A stretch of DNA of 64,000 nucleotides from the human T2T-CHM13v2.0 reference genome, Homo sapiens: the NCBI RefSeq assembly GCF_009914755.1, contig NC_060925.1; one strand, 5' to 3'. Both the position numbers and the translations under genes were made by a program. The notes below the pieces were generated by a model that was not told the DNA's origin, made no database searches, and saw only the letters and a list, made by a program, of their open reading frames with translations. How positions within the stretch are numbered: position 1 is the stretch's first letter; every line of letters starts with the position of its first letter. Shown here in pieces: positions 29,248-44,114 of this stretch.

Positions 29248-29921
29248 ACAATGGCCCTCCTTTATCTAGGGGGGAATATGCTCTGAGACCTCCAATGGAT
29301 GCCTGAAACAGCAGATAGTACCAAACCCTATGTATACTGTGATTTCCCTATACATACACACCTATGGTAAAGTTTAATTTATAAATTAGGCACAGTAAGA
29401 GATTACCAACAACTAATAATAAAATATTATATAATAAAATATTATTATAATAAAAATAATTATAACAATATACTATAATAAAAGTTATGTGAATGTGGTC
29501 TTTCTTTCTTTCTCAAAATATCTTTTTGTACTGTACTCACCTATGTTCTGGCCCATGGTTGACTGTGGGTAACTGAAACTGCAGAAAGTGAATCAGCATG
29601 CTGGGTGCGGTGGCTCATGCCTGTAATCCCAGCACTTTGGGAGGCCAAGGTGGGCGGATCACCTGAGGTTAGGAGTTCAAGACCAGCCTGCCTAACAGCC
29701 TGTCTACTAAAAATACAAAAATTGGCAGGGTGTGGTGGCACGTGTCTGTAAGCCTAGCTACTTCGGAGGCTGAGGCAGAAGAATTGCTTGAACCCAGGAG
29801 GACAGGTTGCGGTGAGCCGAGATCACGCCATTGCACTCCAGACTGGGCGACAAGAACGAGACTCCATCTCAAAACAAACAAACAACAAAAAAGTGAAACA
29901 GCAGAGAAAGGGAGACTGCTG
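29248..29921 (-). mobile_element. MER44A split by an AluS (29600-29890, +)
   Basis: ggatgcctgaaac...aattaggcacagtaagagatt...gtaactgaaac; Alu TSD aaagtgaa(t/a)cagca. Confidence 0.75.
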
Positions 29922-29949
29922 TAAAACCACGATTAAGTACATGTACACA

Positions 29950-30338
29950 GTGTCACAGTTCTTTTTGTGCTGCCATAACAAAATACAGAAGACTGGGTAA
30001 TTTATCAAAGAACAAAAATGTATTTCTCATAGTTTCTGGAGGCTGCAAGGTCCCAGATCAAGATGCTGGCAGGTTCCTTTGTCTATTGAGGACTGCCCTC
30101 TGCTTCCCAGATGGCGCCCAGTTGTGGCGTCCTCTGGAGGGGAGGAACACTGTGTCCTCACATGGTGAAAGGTGAAAGGGCAAGGGAGTCAAAAGCTGCA
30201 CGAAATCTCTTAATCCCATTCATGAGTGAGGAGTCCTCAGGACCTAACCACCTCTTAAAGGTCCTATCTCTTGATACTATCACATTGGCCATTAAATGTC
30301 AACACCTGAATTTTGGAGGGGACACATTCAAACCATAA
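29950..30338 (-). mobile_element. MST-type MaLR LTR
   Basis: gctgccataacaaaatac...gactgggtaattt...ttttggaggggacacattcaaaccata. Confidence 0.75.
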
Positions 30339-31079
30339 TATACTCCTATTAAAATGGATAAAATTATAAGGTCTGACCATACTAAATATTGGAGAGAATG
30401 GGGAAGAATTGAAATTCTCATGCTCAGGAGAAATGTGCAATAGCACTTCTATGGAAAGCACATTTGCAGTTTTTTTTGAAAAGTTAAGTATATACCCTAC
30501 TATCTGATGTAGCCTTTCCACTAGTAGGTATTTATCCCATAGAAATAAAATCTATGTCTGCACAAAGATTTATATAAAAATGTTCTTAGCAGCTTTATTT
30601 GTAGTAACCCCAAACTGGAAACGACCCAAATGTTCATCGATGGCTAAACAATTGTGACATAGTCATACAATAGCATACCACTTGACAATTAAAGGTATTG
30701 ATACAGACAACATGTTGAATCTCAAAATAATTATGCTGAGTAAAAGCAGTCAGACACAAAGAGTACATACTAAATAATGCCATTTGTATGAATTTCTCAA
30801 AAATTCCAACATAAAGTAAATCAGAGGTCGCCTGGGGATATAGTATGGAGGAGGAGCAGGAGGTTAAAAAAGGCACAAGGACATTTTAGATTACAATAGA
30901 TATGTTTGCTACATTGATTATGCTTTTGTGACTGTACAGTATCACCAAACTTTACAAAGTGTGCCATTTAAACATATGCAGTTTATTGAATATAAGCTGT
31001 TTAAGGATCCTAAAGAGAGAGAGAAAAGAGAATAATGATGGCAATTAATTCAACCTCATCAAATATATAAAAATTTATG

Positions 31080-31430
<351 letters not shown>

Positions 31431-31884
31431 TTATCACTATTCTGAAAATTGATATGGAAGAAGGAATGTCAAGTCTTGATAGTGATTTTGTTTGTTTTGT
31501 AAGTTACATTTTGAAGAATCCCAGCTAATGTGTATAGAAGGAACCACAGAATTAGAAAATCATTTTGCAAACCTTGATAAATCCGGGCAGTGATTATCCA
31601 AAGATACTGAAACCACTAGGTAAAAAGTAGATGGTGACTTCTTTTGTAATGATGGAATAAGGTCAGACACCACCTGGACCCCTTGACCAATCTCAGAATT
31701 ACTAAAGAGACAACCACACATGATGTGCCTCCCTCCTAAATGTGGTGCAGTAGGAAGTAGACAGAATGACCTATGAAGTATTCTTTCAAAAAAATGGAAC
31801 CTAAATCTGTATTTCATCATTTGATTTAGGGACATAGAGGAATCAGTTAAGCAACTAAATCTTAGGACACTCGTCTTAACTCAC

Positions 31885-32181
31885 AAGACACTGATGCTGC
31901 TATATTAATTTATATTGCTTAGACCTGCTCGGATGTTTTTAAATAAATGGAATATTCATGTATTTACTTTTGGGGAAAGCTTCTTTGTGCCTTTTCTGGC
32001 AACTGGGTATGTATAAAAGTCTCAGGCTTCAGAATGTTACTCAGTGAGTATTAAACCAGGGAACAGAGAGTGGGTGTTCGTGAGAGTATTTGACCTTGGA
32101 TGCAACAGAGGTTTGTGAATTAATTTTACTTCACTCCAGAGAACTCCATTTGAACGCTGGACTATCCAGAAGAGCCGTACC
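31885..32181 (-). pseudogene. E13, DUF3715 copy 2
   Basis: VLWSEVKLIH...KKLSPKVN..FHLFK/HPSRSKQ...QHQCL|gtgagt, resembling VLFGKVKKI...LDP..DCHMSRNAPS; 5' boundary uncertain. Confidence 0.55.
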
Positions 32182-32733
32182 CTTAAATTATGTTTCGCAT
32201 TTGTATATACCCTTAAAATATGTATATGTCTATGTATTCTTAACTTACATAAATGTTAGATATTTATTTAGTATATATATTTTTATTGACAACAAGTAAA
32301 ACAATTTACCGAAGGCCTACTCTGTATCAAGCACTTTTGTAGCTACTAGAGACATGATCATCTTGGGCACGTGTTTTGAATTTATATAAATGACACTCTA
32401 CTATATATCTCAATCCATGTCTTACTGTCATCAGCCAACAGTATCTTATTCAGATTTCTCCATGCTGAGTGTACATCTGTTTTATTATTCTGACTACTGC
32501 ATACTATTCATCAAACGCTCATATCAACCCTCCTTGTGGTAGAAACTTATATTGCCTCCAACTCATCACTACCACCAATAATACTGCAATAAACATATCC
32601 TTGGGCCTAGTCTGTTATAATCAGAGTTTGTCCAAGTTATATGCCCAGGTATGGGATTGCTAAATACTGCCAGATTGCTCTCTGGAGTGTCTACACTCAT
32701 TTAGACTTCTAGAAACGTTTCATGGAAGGCTAG

Positions 32734-33234
<501 letters not shown>

Positions 33235-33448
33235 TAAATATATCAGATCTCCCCCAAGTTAATACGATCAATGCAATTCCAGTTCGAAGCCCAGCAAGAG
33301 TCTGCTTTGTGTGTTGGAGATGTTCCATGCATCGCAATTCCCCACCTCAGAGGGGAAGCTCCTGGAGCTCAGGGCTGCTATTGCTCTTGAAGCTCCCACA
33401 GCACTCTCCCCAGAGCCTCACTTAGAGCAGGCCTCAGTGAATGCTTAT

Positions 33449-33654
33449 TGATGGGATCTGTGTGAGTCAAGAGGCAGCAGGAAGAGGATGCTGCTGGTAA
33501 GCTGGTCCCTTTGAAAATGCAGAATCCAGGCACGGTGGCAGAGCTGGATGGCCAAGAGTAGGGACCTGTAACACCTGAGGCATTGTTGATGGGAACACTT
33601 TAGAAAATGTTCTTTCCTGAGGGACCAGGACAAATGCCCTTTGAAATCCTATTT
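33449..33654 (-). pseudogene. E12, DUF3715 copy 2 core
   Basis: Strong acceptor tttttatttttag|; EIGFQRAFVLVPQE...VPTLGHPAL / GFCIFKGTSL, resembling CFLALPQ...ILGNPLLGIYIFRH; donor GT>AT (ataagc). Confidence 0.7.
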
Positions 33655-33930
33655 CTAAAAATAAAAATGAAAGGAACAGAAACAACAACAAAAAAAACTA
33701 TACATTTTTTAGCTAGAAATATTCCACCTAAGAGCTTCTTTTTTCCATAGCACTGAGAGCTCATGCCAAGTGCCGTCCTGAAGCTTCCATGAACTGTAGC
33801 CAGTGACTGCCTTAGACAATCTTACATTGAGTCCTGTTCTAGATGCCAAGAATGATAATATCATTCCCTGGAAACAGCAGGCCGCTTGGAGAGTATTGGG
33901 AAGAGGCTGTCCTTGCTCAGCACCTGTCAC

Positions 33931-34181
33931 CCAGATTGCGTGCTAACTTCTCTGGAGCTCCATCTTTATTCTACATGTTGATTAGATGCACTCAGCATAA
34001 TAAATTGCAGAAGGCTTCAAAGTTTCTGTAGCTAAGTACTGCTCAGAGACAGTGACTCTGTCAGTGCTGAATGAAGACACTGGATCTTGCTTAGCTACCA
34101 TGCCATGCTGAATGTCTTGGACCTGGTTCCTTTTAGCAGAAGGCTGATTAAACCCACATAGTGCTGAGATCATAGGAATGA
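33931..34181 (-). pseudogene. E11, start of DUF3715 copy 2
   Basis: ccatttacag| IPMISALCGFNQPSAKRNQVQDIQH...KMELQRS*HAIW|gtgaca, resembling recalled TASOR IPRKSREKKALFQP...KRRELK. Confidence 0.6.
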
Positions 34182-34896
34182 CTGTAAATGGCAATTATCT
34201 GCTTGAGGGTATGTCTTGTTTTCTCAGATAGACTGCAAGCTGCCTGAGGACATAAACCACAGATTATTCCTCCGTTTTTCTAGAAGAGAGCTATGCTCAT
34301 AATTCAGCACTTAATAATTATTTGTTACAATTACTAATGAGTGCATTAATTAGAATGAATAATCAACGCTTGATGTTCAATGATCCCAGAATACATCAGT
34401 ATGCCTGCTAGCCCAAGAGCCTGTATATAATACCAGAGTTTAGGTAAATAATGTATATAATACCTACCTAAACTCTGGTTTAGGTATTACAAACTCATTG
34501 AACATCAAACCTTGATTATTCATTCTAATTAATTCACTCACTAACAACTGTATATTAGTAATTATATATATTATACTGATGTATTTTGGGATGATTGAAC
34601 CAATAAGGAGCAATAAGATTTTGTTGATATAAAGAGAAAAGCAAGTGGAGGAAGAGAAAAGGAGTTAAAACTGCAAAGGTATGAATGACCCCAAATTAGT
34701 ATGGACTGGTTGGGTGCACATCCTGCTGGGTTACTCAGGACTCTTGGTTGTCCTCAGTATTGAAGGATTTGGTCAACGTTTCTGCCAAGCCCAATTTCTC
34801 TTTCTAGCTTAACTTGCTCTAGGTACAGCCCTGGATAATCAGGCCCTGAAGCCTAGGGTTTATTAGTCTGGGGATGGGTAAGAGATCCAACCAGCT

Positions 34897-35207
<311 letters not shown>

Positions 35208-36716
35208 CTAGCTAGCAATCACAGTCCTCTCCTGGGTTTCGAGTGAAGAGACACAAGGAGAGGGAATAAGCAGCAGCCCTGAGGATAAGAGCTGAGTCAC
35301 ATGGATAGTAGCACGCTAGTAGAAAGACTGGTGAACTCTTGTGGCTTTAACTCCTGTCCCCCCTCACTCCTGATGTTCAGCTTTTCTTGAGTTTCTGCAA
35401 AACCACTTTAAACCTTAAAAATGCATACCTTTACATGTTTCCCTTATTCTTTTAAAAATTCCAGGCTGCTTTGAACAAGCTTCTGATCTCTGCCACCAAA
35501 TGAGCTCTATGTCTAAAGCACTCCTCTCAATGACAATTTCATAGCTTGGGCTTTGATGGGTAACCTGCAGCCCCACTGGCCACTCCAGCAGATGGTGACC
35601 CTGTGGGTGGTAGAGAGGCTTGAAGGATCTAGTGCATCTCAGCTGAAAGTGGCTTGTCTCAAACAGATGTGAGAAGGCCCAGTGTTGAAGGGATTCAGGA
35701 TCAGGGCAACCTGCTGTCCTCCAGTGGTGCAGCCGCTTGGCCTCTACTGATTTCACTGACCTAAGTGATCATACACAGTGGCCTCTGCCCCTGTGATAGC
35801 AATCAATCCAGCCAACCAGATGCACCTGCAGCAGAGCCATAGAATTCCAAACTAGAATAGACTTCAGAACTCCCTTAGTTTGTGGATCAGCTCTACAGCT
35901 TCTCTTACGAATGATCATCCCATCCTTTCTTAAATGTGACAGGGCAGCCAATATCAAGATACCCTCACAGAAAGTATGTGGCCCCTAATTTTAATCCAAA
36001 GTCTTCCTCCCTCTAAATTCTACCCTTTGATGCTAGTTCTGGACCCTTCAGATATACACAAACATAAAACTCTTTAAAGAATTTAGTCAGTCTACACATT
36101 TGGACAAAAGACTCACATCTCCTTTAAAGCTTCCTCTTTCCAGGTGAAATACGCCTAGACCCTCCAGCCATTCCTTCTGCAGCATAATTTTGAATCTCTT
36201 CATCATCATAGTCACTTTTTATCAGGCCTGAGTTGGGCTCTGAGTTGACTCTGGGTTTTTCTTCAAACATGTCAGCCATGTGCCCTTGGATGGCATCTGA
36301 TCAGGGGGAGTAGAGCAGGCCTCTCACCTCCTTTTCCCCTATGCAGGTGACTGCATTCACCTCCGGGGCAATTCCTCTCTTTTAACTGCAGTTGTGTTTG
36401 AGCCCACCTTTCCAGTCAGTGGCAGAAGGCTGGCCTGGAGTGACAGCCAGGTTCTGACCTGCCTGTGCCATCCCGGGGCACCAGAGTGGCCAGTAGTGCC
36501 TTAGCCACCCTTACAGAGAGTCAGCCCTTGTCAGCTCCACAAGGGATAGTCCCACTCTTACCACAGGCATGGGCCGGAGCCAGGCCCTGATCTCAGCTGG
36601 ACCAAGGAGACCCCTGCCCTGGTCAGTTAGCTGTGAGGGGCCTCACTGGAAGGCCATTGAGACATGGAAGCTGACCTTGCCTTTTGGGTTGGTCATGAGA
36701 GACCAGCGAAGCCTCG

Positions 36717-37081
36717 TGTTAGTCCATTCTCACACTGCTCTAAAGAAATACCCGAGACTGGGTAATTTATAAAGGAAAGAGGTTTCATTGACTCACAGTT
36801 CAGCATGGCTGGGAAGGCCTCAGGAAACTGACAATCATGGCAGAAGGTGAAGAGGAAGCAGACACCTTCTTCACAAGGCAGCAGGACAGAGTGAATGGCG
36901 AAAGGGGAAGAGCCCTTTATAAAATCATCAGATCTCGTGAGAACTCACTCACTATCACGAGAACAGCACACTGCCCCCACGATCCAATCACCTCCTACCA
37001 GTTTCTGCCCTTGACACGTGGCGATCGTAGGATTACAATTCGAGATGAGATTTGGGTGGGGAACAGAGCCAAACCATATCA
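36717..37081 (-). mobile_element. THE1-type MaLR LTR
   Basis: ttagtccattctcacactgct...gagactgggtaatttataaaggaaagaggttt...agccaaaccatatca. Confidence 0.85.
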
Positions 37082-37791
37082 CCTCATATCCACTGCAGAT
37101 ATGAAGAAGGCTCCCGGAAGCAAAGAAAAGAATCTGCAAGGCCCCACAGAGATAGAAACAGAGAAATTAACCAGCGACTTTTCACTTCCCAAAAGTCCCC
37201 ACTAACCCTCTTTCAACTGGTTTCCATGAGGTTTCTCTGAAATAAATCCCCTTTTAAATTTAAGACTCTTTGTATGAATGTTGGTTCTGAACAAATAGTC
37301 CCTTGACTAAGCCCCTAAGCAAGTCTGTGAACCTTAGTTTTCCTTCTGGATACACTGAATTGAAGTATGGTGGGCTCCTCCCACTCTGCGATTCTATGTC
37401 ACATCATCCCATGCTACACTTCTGTACTTGGGAGGGCTTTGAGAATAAAAGCCTAAGGGTATAACTTTATACAGAGCCCCTGGTAAATTTCAGCTTGTGT
37501 TTTGGTTAATCTTCCAAAACATCTCACATTTTGGAATATGTCTGGGGCTTTGATTAGCAAAAAGTAAATGAAAGAACAATTGAGAGTAGTGGCTTCACAC
37601 ATCTTCTCAGAAACCTATCAAAGGGTTGTCTCTCACATCAGATGAATTGTCCCGGAATTCTATTTATAGATGGCTTAGCAATTCATTCATTCCTCAATTT
37701 CACCAGAGGTTAGCTATAGACTGAGGGGGTGCTTTTCTAACTTCAACTGAAATATACATGAGTGGTAGGTACAAAGGTTTTGGTTGGTTAC

Positions 37792-38071
37792 CTGAGAACC
37801 AGACACCCACATCTTGAAGGACCATGGAAGTGGACTCTGGTATGAACCCATTGTGAAAGGTCAGATACACCACACAAAGAACTGGTGAAACTCAGATTAG
37901 TCAATTTGCCATTTGTTAGCAACACAGGCATAAAGAGTTGGTGGGAAAGGATGTAGGAATTTTGGCTAAAAGAAGCTTTTGGCTTATCTTCAGATTCCAA
38001 TTATGCAAGGCTATCCCCGTTCCTCATTACCACAGATAAATTAAACATCAGCTTAGAGTTCAACTTGGCAA
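37792..38071 (-). pseudogene. E10, linker exon
   Basis: tctttgttttctccaag| ... |gtaacc; the two abutting same-frame ORFs in the track (38001-38183, 37788-38000) are separated by a single TAA. Confidence 0.6.
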
Positions 38072-39715
38072 CTTGGAGAAAACAAAGAATATATCTTTGA
38101 GGCAAAATGTGGGCTGTATCTATTTGTAGTTCATATGTGCTCCAAAAAGACAGGCAAGCAGAAAGCAAGACTGCCTCTCCCAACTACAGCATTAAATAGC
38201 AAAGGCAATGGGAATGTGGGGTATTTCTTGGACACACCATGCTCTGTGGGAAACAGACACTTCTGAAGATACTGTTCAGAGAGGCTTAAGGAAAAGACAA
38301 AAAGCGGAAAAAGAAGGAGGAGGCACATGCATTCAGGTCACCTGCAGTTACCATCCACAGACAGCTTTTTGCAGTTGGTTCATCCTGGGTAACTGTCATC
38401 TCATGTGAATGAACCGTTGACGTCCATGTCCTTGTGTGTGGTCTTTGACATTAGCCAGAACAACTCCAAATCCCACGTCTGGAATATAGACACCCCTCAG
38501 CCCGTTAAGCCCCGCACTCCGCCACCCCATTCTATTAGCTTTCGTTTGACTTCATTTTCTTCCCTTCCCAGTCACTCTATTCTTTTGCTTCAACTGCTCA
38601 GCAAGTCCCATCCCTGGGTGAATCCATCGGTCTGCCTCAGTTTCTTCATTCAGAAAATGGGTATAAGTAGAGCTACCCCATGGGTTGGCATGCTGCTGAA
38701 ATGAGATATGCATGTTAAGGGCATGGCTCCGGGCCTGCAAGCGGCACCCACTCAGCAAATGGCAGTTCTCTACACCCTATGATCTCTCCCTCTCTACCGT
38801 ATCTTCCCTCTACTTACAAACAGGTTCTTTCTCCTACTTTTGAAAAATCCTTTAAAGCTACAGAACATCCCTCCTTCTCTTCATCACCAAACATCATGAA
38901 AGACTCGTGTGCTCACTGCCTCCTCTTCCCTCAGTGTCCACATTCCCACCACCACTGTGGTCTAATTTCAGCCCCATCATTCCCCTTCTCCACCCCCATC
39001 CTGCCTTGCCTCCTGACTCTAGTCTCTCAAATGCAAACCCTCAGTGTGATCCCCTATGCTTTCCTTATTTTTTCTCCCTATATCTAGTAGGTCACTAGAT
39101 TTGGTCAATCCTGTCCCAGAAACATCACCTGGCTTTGCATTTCCACCATCTTAAAGTCAGTTCCCACCTCCCACACCGTCTCGGATCAGGACCATCATGA
39201 CTTGTCTCCCTGCTCGGTCTTGGCCTCTCAGATCCATCTTCACACCCAACTCTGCTTAAAACTCTCAGGGGTTCTTCATCATCTCCAGGACAATGTCTGA
39301 ACCCCTAAGCATGGCACATGGGGTCCCGCCTGTGGCCTCACACTTACCCTGCTGGGGTCCATGCACACATGAGTGCAACGCATGACTTCCACACCAGGCC
39401 CCGATCCCCTGCCACCCTCCCTCTAGCTAGACCTCCCTTGCCCTTTCACTTTGGATTACACTCCCTGTCCTCCCATAAGACCCAAATCAAGTATCGTTGC
39501 CTTGGTAAAGGCTTTCCCAACCGCCTGCTCAGGGGCCCACAGCACTTTGCTGACACTGTAACTTACCTTCGGGAATGTAGCCTCCTCCACTGCAGTAGGC
39601 TGCAGATGGTGGGGATCTTAACCAGGGTGACGGCCTCAGCACTTGGCATGGAGTCAGGCTCATAACAGGTGACCAAATACCACATGCTGTGCAATTAATA
39701 AAATGAAGGAAGATG

Positions 39716-40500
<785 letters not shown>

Positions 40501-40509
40501 TCAGCTCAC

Positions 40510-40655
40510 TGAATTGACAGGCTTCATGGAGAGGAAGACTTTGCCCCACATAGAGGTGAGCCACAAGTGTGCACTTATTGCCATGTCTGTTTAGGGCAGG
40601 GCCATACGGAGATAAGCATGTCAAAATAAGCCTTGAGAGTCTAGCTAAGCAAGAA
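40510..40655 (-). pseudogene. E9, end of SPOC copy 1
   Basis: Long pyrimidine tract then cctag| LA*LDSQGLF ... / VAHLYVGQSLP |gtgagc, resembling KCLEDRGFF and LHALFLFQEP. Confidence 0.55.
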
Positions 40656-40864
40656 CTAGGACAGGTTGGAAGAGGGAGGCACAGGACACAGAAATAGCCC
40701 ATTCAGCTTTGCAGACACTCCCCTGGTGGGCTGAGCCCTGTGGCCCTAGTGGGTGGAGGTTTCCCAAGACAAATTCCACGAAGGGACTTTGGAAATCCAG
40801 AGGCCTGACCTGAAGGCAAACTGGCAAAGCAGTGCATCGCCAAACAGCAGACCTTGTGGTTTAC

Positions 40865-40991
40865 AGCAAAGACCAAAGGGAAGCTTAGGATTTGGAGACC
40901 TTCATGGCAAGAGTAATGAAAATAAAATCTGCTCTGCTCAGAGCAGTTCGGAGAGAAACAGGCCCAGCCACATGGAACCAGAACAGATGGG
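40865..40991 (-). pseudogene. E8, SPOC copy 1
   Basis: cctcctgtacag| PICSGSMWLGLFLSELL*...|gtaaac; 127 nt, phase 0 to 1 fits both neighbours; resembles recalled TASOR2 KVCFQDLCFNLYEVEL. Confidence 0.55.
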
Positions 40992-41176
40992 CTGTACAGG
41001 AGGGATGTTCATCAGCACTGCTATGGGGGAGGGAACATGCACAGGCTTGCATGTCCCCGTCAGGGATTCTAGGTGACACTATCAACATGTGACAGCTGAC
41101 ACGGAGGTGGCATCAACAGAGGTTAATGGATGACTCAGAGGCATTATTTATTACTGTTATTTTTGCCCTCCCTCAC

Positions 41177-41375
41177 AGTGGTTTATAGAAAGTGCTTTGT
41201 CAAGATTTCCAGACCCAGCCATGTACAAATGACATAAGGCAGATTCTCAGGGGAGCCCCTCTCTGACTCAGGGCTGTGAGCTAGCAGGCAGCAGGGAAGC
41301 ACAAAGCGTTGACTGAGCAGCACCAAATCAAAATGGCAAATGATACTCTGGCCCCTACCACAGCAAGCAGGCAGC
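41177..41375 (-). pseudogene. E7, start of SPOC copy 1
   Basis: ggctttag| AACLLW*G / QSIICHFDLVLLSQRFVLPCCL...EILTKHFL*TT|gtgagg (one frameshift), resembling LWKGQL...LCYISLRSATRAFLPIKL. Confidence 0.6.
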
Positions 41376-41904
41376 CTAAAGCCCAAGGGACTGGAGAGGA
41401 TGGGTCAGGATGGGTCCTGTACCCATCTGCCGCAAAGGAGCAAGCATTCTTCAAGGTGACCAAACCTGGATTTGTTTAAAAATATCAGCAAGTCAGGTGC
41501 CCTAGTAATGGCAGTACATATAAATTACACTTGGAAACATTTGCCAAAGGACTGATCAATCCCATGATTTATTCAGGGTGATCTATATCAGCAAAGATGG
41601 TAGAAATTCCAGGCCATTGCACAGAAAGTTTAACATGTGTGGTAGAACTAGGATCTTTCTCTTACTAAAAGGAACGCTCTAACGAGAGTGATACTGCAGC
41701 AGTTTTTTCTTTGGATCTATCTATTTACCTACATATCTATTTATTTATCATCTATCTATTGTTGGAGACAGGGTTGGATTGGGCAAGAAGAAAAGGCATT
41801 TGCCTGGATGTGCATCAATAGATAATAACAGAAGCTTTCTAGAACCTCAGAATCTTTCCCTTTATTCATGTATTTGCATGTTCTGTTGTTTCTTTCTTTC
41901 TGCT

Positions 41905-41911
41905 GTGTGTG

Positions 41912-41946
<35 letters not shown>

Positions 41947-42230
41947 GTGACAGAATCTCCCTCTGTCGCCCAGGCTGGAGTGCATTGGTGTGATCTTGGC
42001 TGACTGCAACCTCCGCCTTCCAGGTTCAAGCGATTCTCCTGCCTCAGCCTCCTGAATAGCTGAAATTACAGGCGCCTGCCACCATGCCCAGCTAATTTTA
42101 ATATTTTTTAGTAGAGACGGGGGTTTGCCATGTTGGTCAGGCTGGTCTCGAACTCCTGACCTCAGGTGATCCACCTACCTCGGCCTCCCAACGTGCTGGG
42201 GTTATAGGCGTGACCTACCACGTCTGGCCT
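41905..42230 (-). mobile_element. AluS with (CA)n tail
   Basis: (TG)n at 41905-41948 followed by a reverse Alu. Confidence 0.9.
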
Positions 42231-42439
42231 CTTTCTGCTTACTTTTGAGGCACAGGTCCTTCTTTTGGATTTAGAAACCCAAAGGGGTGAGTGATCACAT
42301 TATGACTTGGATTTTTAGTTCCCTGAGTCTGAACTTGCCTACCAATATGCTATCATATGCCCAAATTATTTTTGTGCAAAGTTCATCAAGCTTCTCCAGG
42401 AACCAAGGGAACCAGAAGATAGGTTTTGTTATCGCTTAC

Positions 42440-42723
42440 AAGCTGACCCTGGAGAAGGTCACTGAGCCACTGGGGTGTTGCTTGAGCTGTAAGTATCTCT
42501 GTGGCAAGCTCCAGAAGTCAGTGATATTCTGAGATGGGCATAAGTATCTTGAGAGGAACAAACCCATGCTGAAGTGGGGTGGGGCTCAGGACGTGCTTTC
42601 CCTTGGGCACCATGTTGTTAGACCACTCGTAGTGTGGTTGGCCATGTTTCTTTACACCCGCACAGCCTCATGATAAATAGTCACTGCTAGCAGCTACTCT
42701 GCACCATCTGGGGCCTGTAGCAG
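42440..42723 (-). pseudogene. E6, linker exon
   Basis: cttttccag| ... CTT|gtaagc; 284 nt in one frame with 2 TGA: ...GFVPLKILMPISEYH*LLELATEILTAQATPQWLSDLLQGQL. Confidence 0.65.
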
Positions 42724-42895
42724 CTGGAAAAGTGATGAGGTAAGGGTGAGTGGCTAGAAGGGAGAAGGGGCCAGAGGGTGTCCAGGCTGCCAAAACCAAT
42801 CTGAGACGATCATAAGCATGGCCCAGCTTCTTCTTATGAACTGAGTTTTCCTTCATTATGAGCCAAACCCAAATCGTACCCTTTGCAGAACCTAC

Positions 42896-43035
42896 CTATC
42901 TATTTGGGGCATGAACTGCATGCACAGCTGTGCTTGTGATAAACAGGTTAGATCTGGAAGATCTCGGAAGAAAACATAATCTGGGCTGATGCAGTCCAGT
43001 GGTTTCTCAGCCAAGGGGGTTGGATAGAGGCAAGG
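42896..43035 (-). pseudogene. E5, end of DUF3715 copy 1
   Basis: Acceptor ttccctcttctcctgg| (AG>GG), donor |gtaggt; PCLYPTPLAEKPLDCISPDYVFF resembles the YxYE...KPRQCLPY motif. Confidence 0.6.
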
Positions 43036-43232
43036 CCAGGAGAAGAGGGAACAAAACTTGAGCTCATCGTACCAAAGGGACACAGCCTTAAGGACAGCAG
43101 TATTCCAATCACATGATAGCATTACAGGAAACAGTAAATGGAGAAGCCAATGAGAAGGCCTAGGATACTTCTTTGGAAAAACCTAACAAGGCCCTTGAGC
43201 CTCAGCCAGGATTATACAAGGCCCGTTCGCAC

Positions 43233-43362
43233 TTGGCTGAAGACTTGACTCTGGGGAGAACTTATGATCAAACACTCCCTGGATATGTGCTCATAGGAAT
43301 GATGAACATTTCTGATTCTGGAGCTACTCTGGGGCCAAGCAGAGATCCAAGATCCCTTTGGT
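43233..43362 (-). pseudogene. E4, DUF3715 copy 1
   Basis: ttctgcttacttag| PKGSWISAW...HHSYEHISRECLIISSPQSQVFSQ|gtgcga, resembling recalled TASOR KGKIKSIY...HECHVSK...ELTQ. Confidence 0.6.
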
Positions 43363-43577
43363 CTAAGTAAGCAGAACAGGGGTCCTCCCAACCTCCTGGC
43401 CCTCATGTGCAGGGAGGTTGTTGTCAGCTCATGACTTCAAGTTGGCTGCACCAAGCTTCTCATGACAGTCTGGAGAGCTCGTCTTGGTGTTACAGGCAGT
43501 AGTCATCGCAGCTGGGTTATGAGAGGGTAACAGAGTCAGGGAAGAATTTAGGGCACTGGGAGGAATTAAAAGATAGG

Positions 43578-44114
43578 CTTCATCAGAGTCACCAGCGCTT
43601 TCCTGCTTTTAGGATATGTAATTACAATGTCTGTATTCAGTTAAAGATCCAGCTTCCTGTACTGACTCAATCCACAATAGCCCTTCCCTCTGGCTGCATT
43701 TCTATAGTACATGCATTGCCTTGAATCGTTCCTGAATATTTCCTGTACATACCACACTCTTTTCATTTTATTGTATTTCATTTTATTGACAGAGTCTTGC
43801 TCTGCCACCCAGGATTTAGTGCAGTGGCATGATCATAGCTCAGGGCAGCCTCAAACTCCTGGACTCTCATGATCCTCCCATCTCAGCCTCTTGAGTAGCT
43901 AGAACTACAGGTGCACATCACTACACCTGGCTAATTTTTTTTCTTATTTTTAGTAGAGGTGGGGTCTCCCTATGTTGCCCAGGCTGGTCTCGGACTCTTG
44001 GCTTCTAGAAATTCATGTGCCTTAGCCTCCCAAAGTGTTGGGATTACAGGCATAAGCTCACCGTGCCTGGCCTCTTTTTATTTTAATAATCCTATTATCT
44101 CTCTTGCTATGTGC
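43578..44114 (-). pseudogene. E3, DUF3715 copy 1 core, interrupted by AluJ
   Basis: Acceptor ttccattacag|. Removing the Alu and one TSD copy gives AHSKRDNRIIK(I/M)KRVWYVQEIFRND...GKGYCGLSQYRKLDL*LN...LVTLMK, resembling recalled TEX15 VVDIYQNG...GIYIFRHVDVALN...ILIFK. The donor is decayed. Confidence 0.7.
43771..44071 (-). mobile_element. AluJ inside pseudo-exon E3
   Basis: J diagnostics (gatcatagctca, ctatgttgcccaggctgg); 14-bp TSD ctctttt(c/t)atttta (43757-43770 and 44072-44085). Confidence 0.88.

Noticed and set aside
35769-35957. Minus-strand ORF as an extra pseudo-exon
   Set aside because: No convincing splice borders or family motif, and E10 can join E11 without it.
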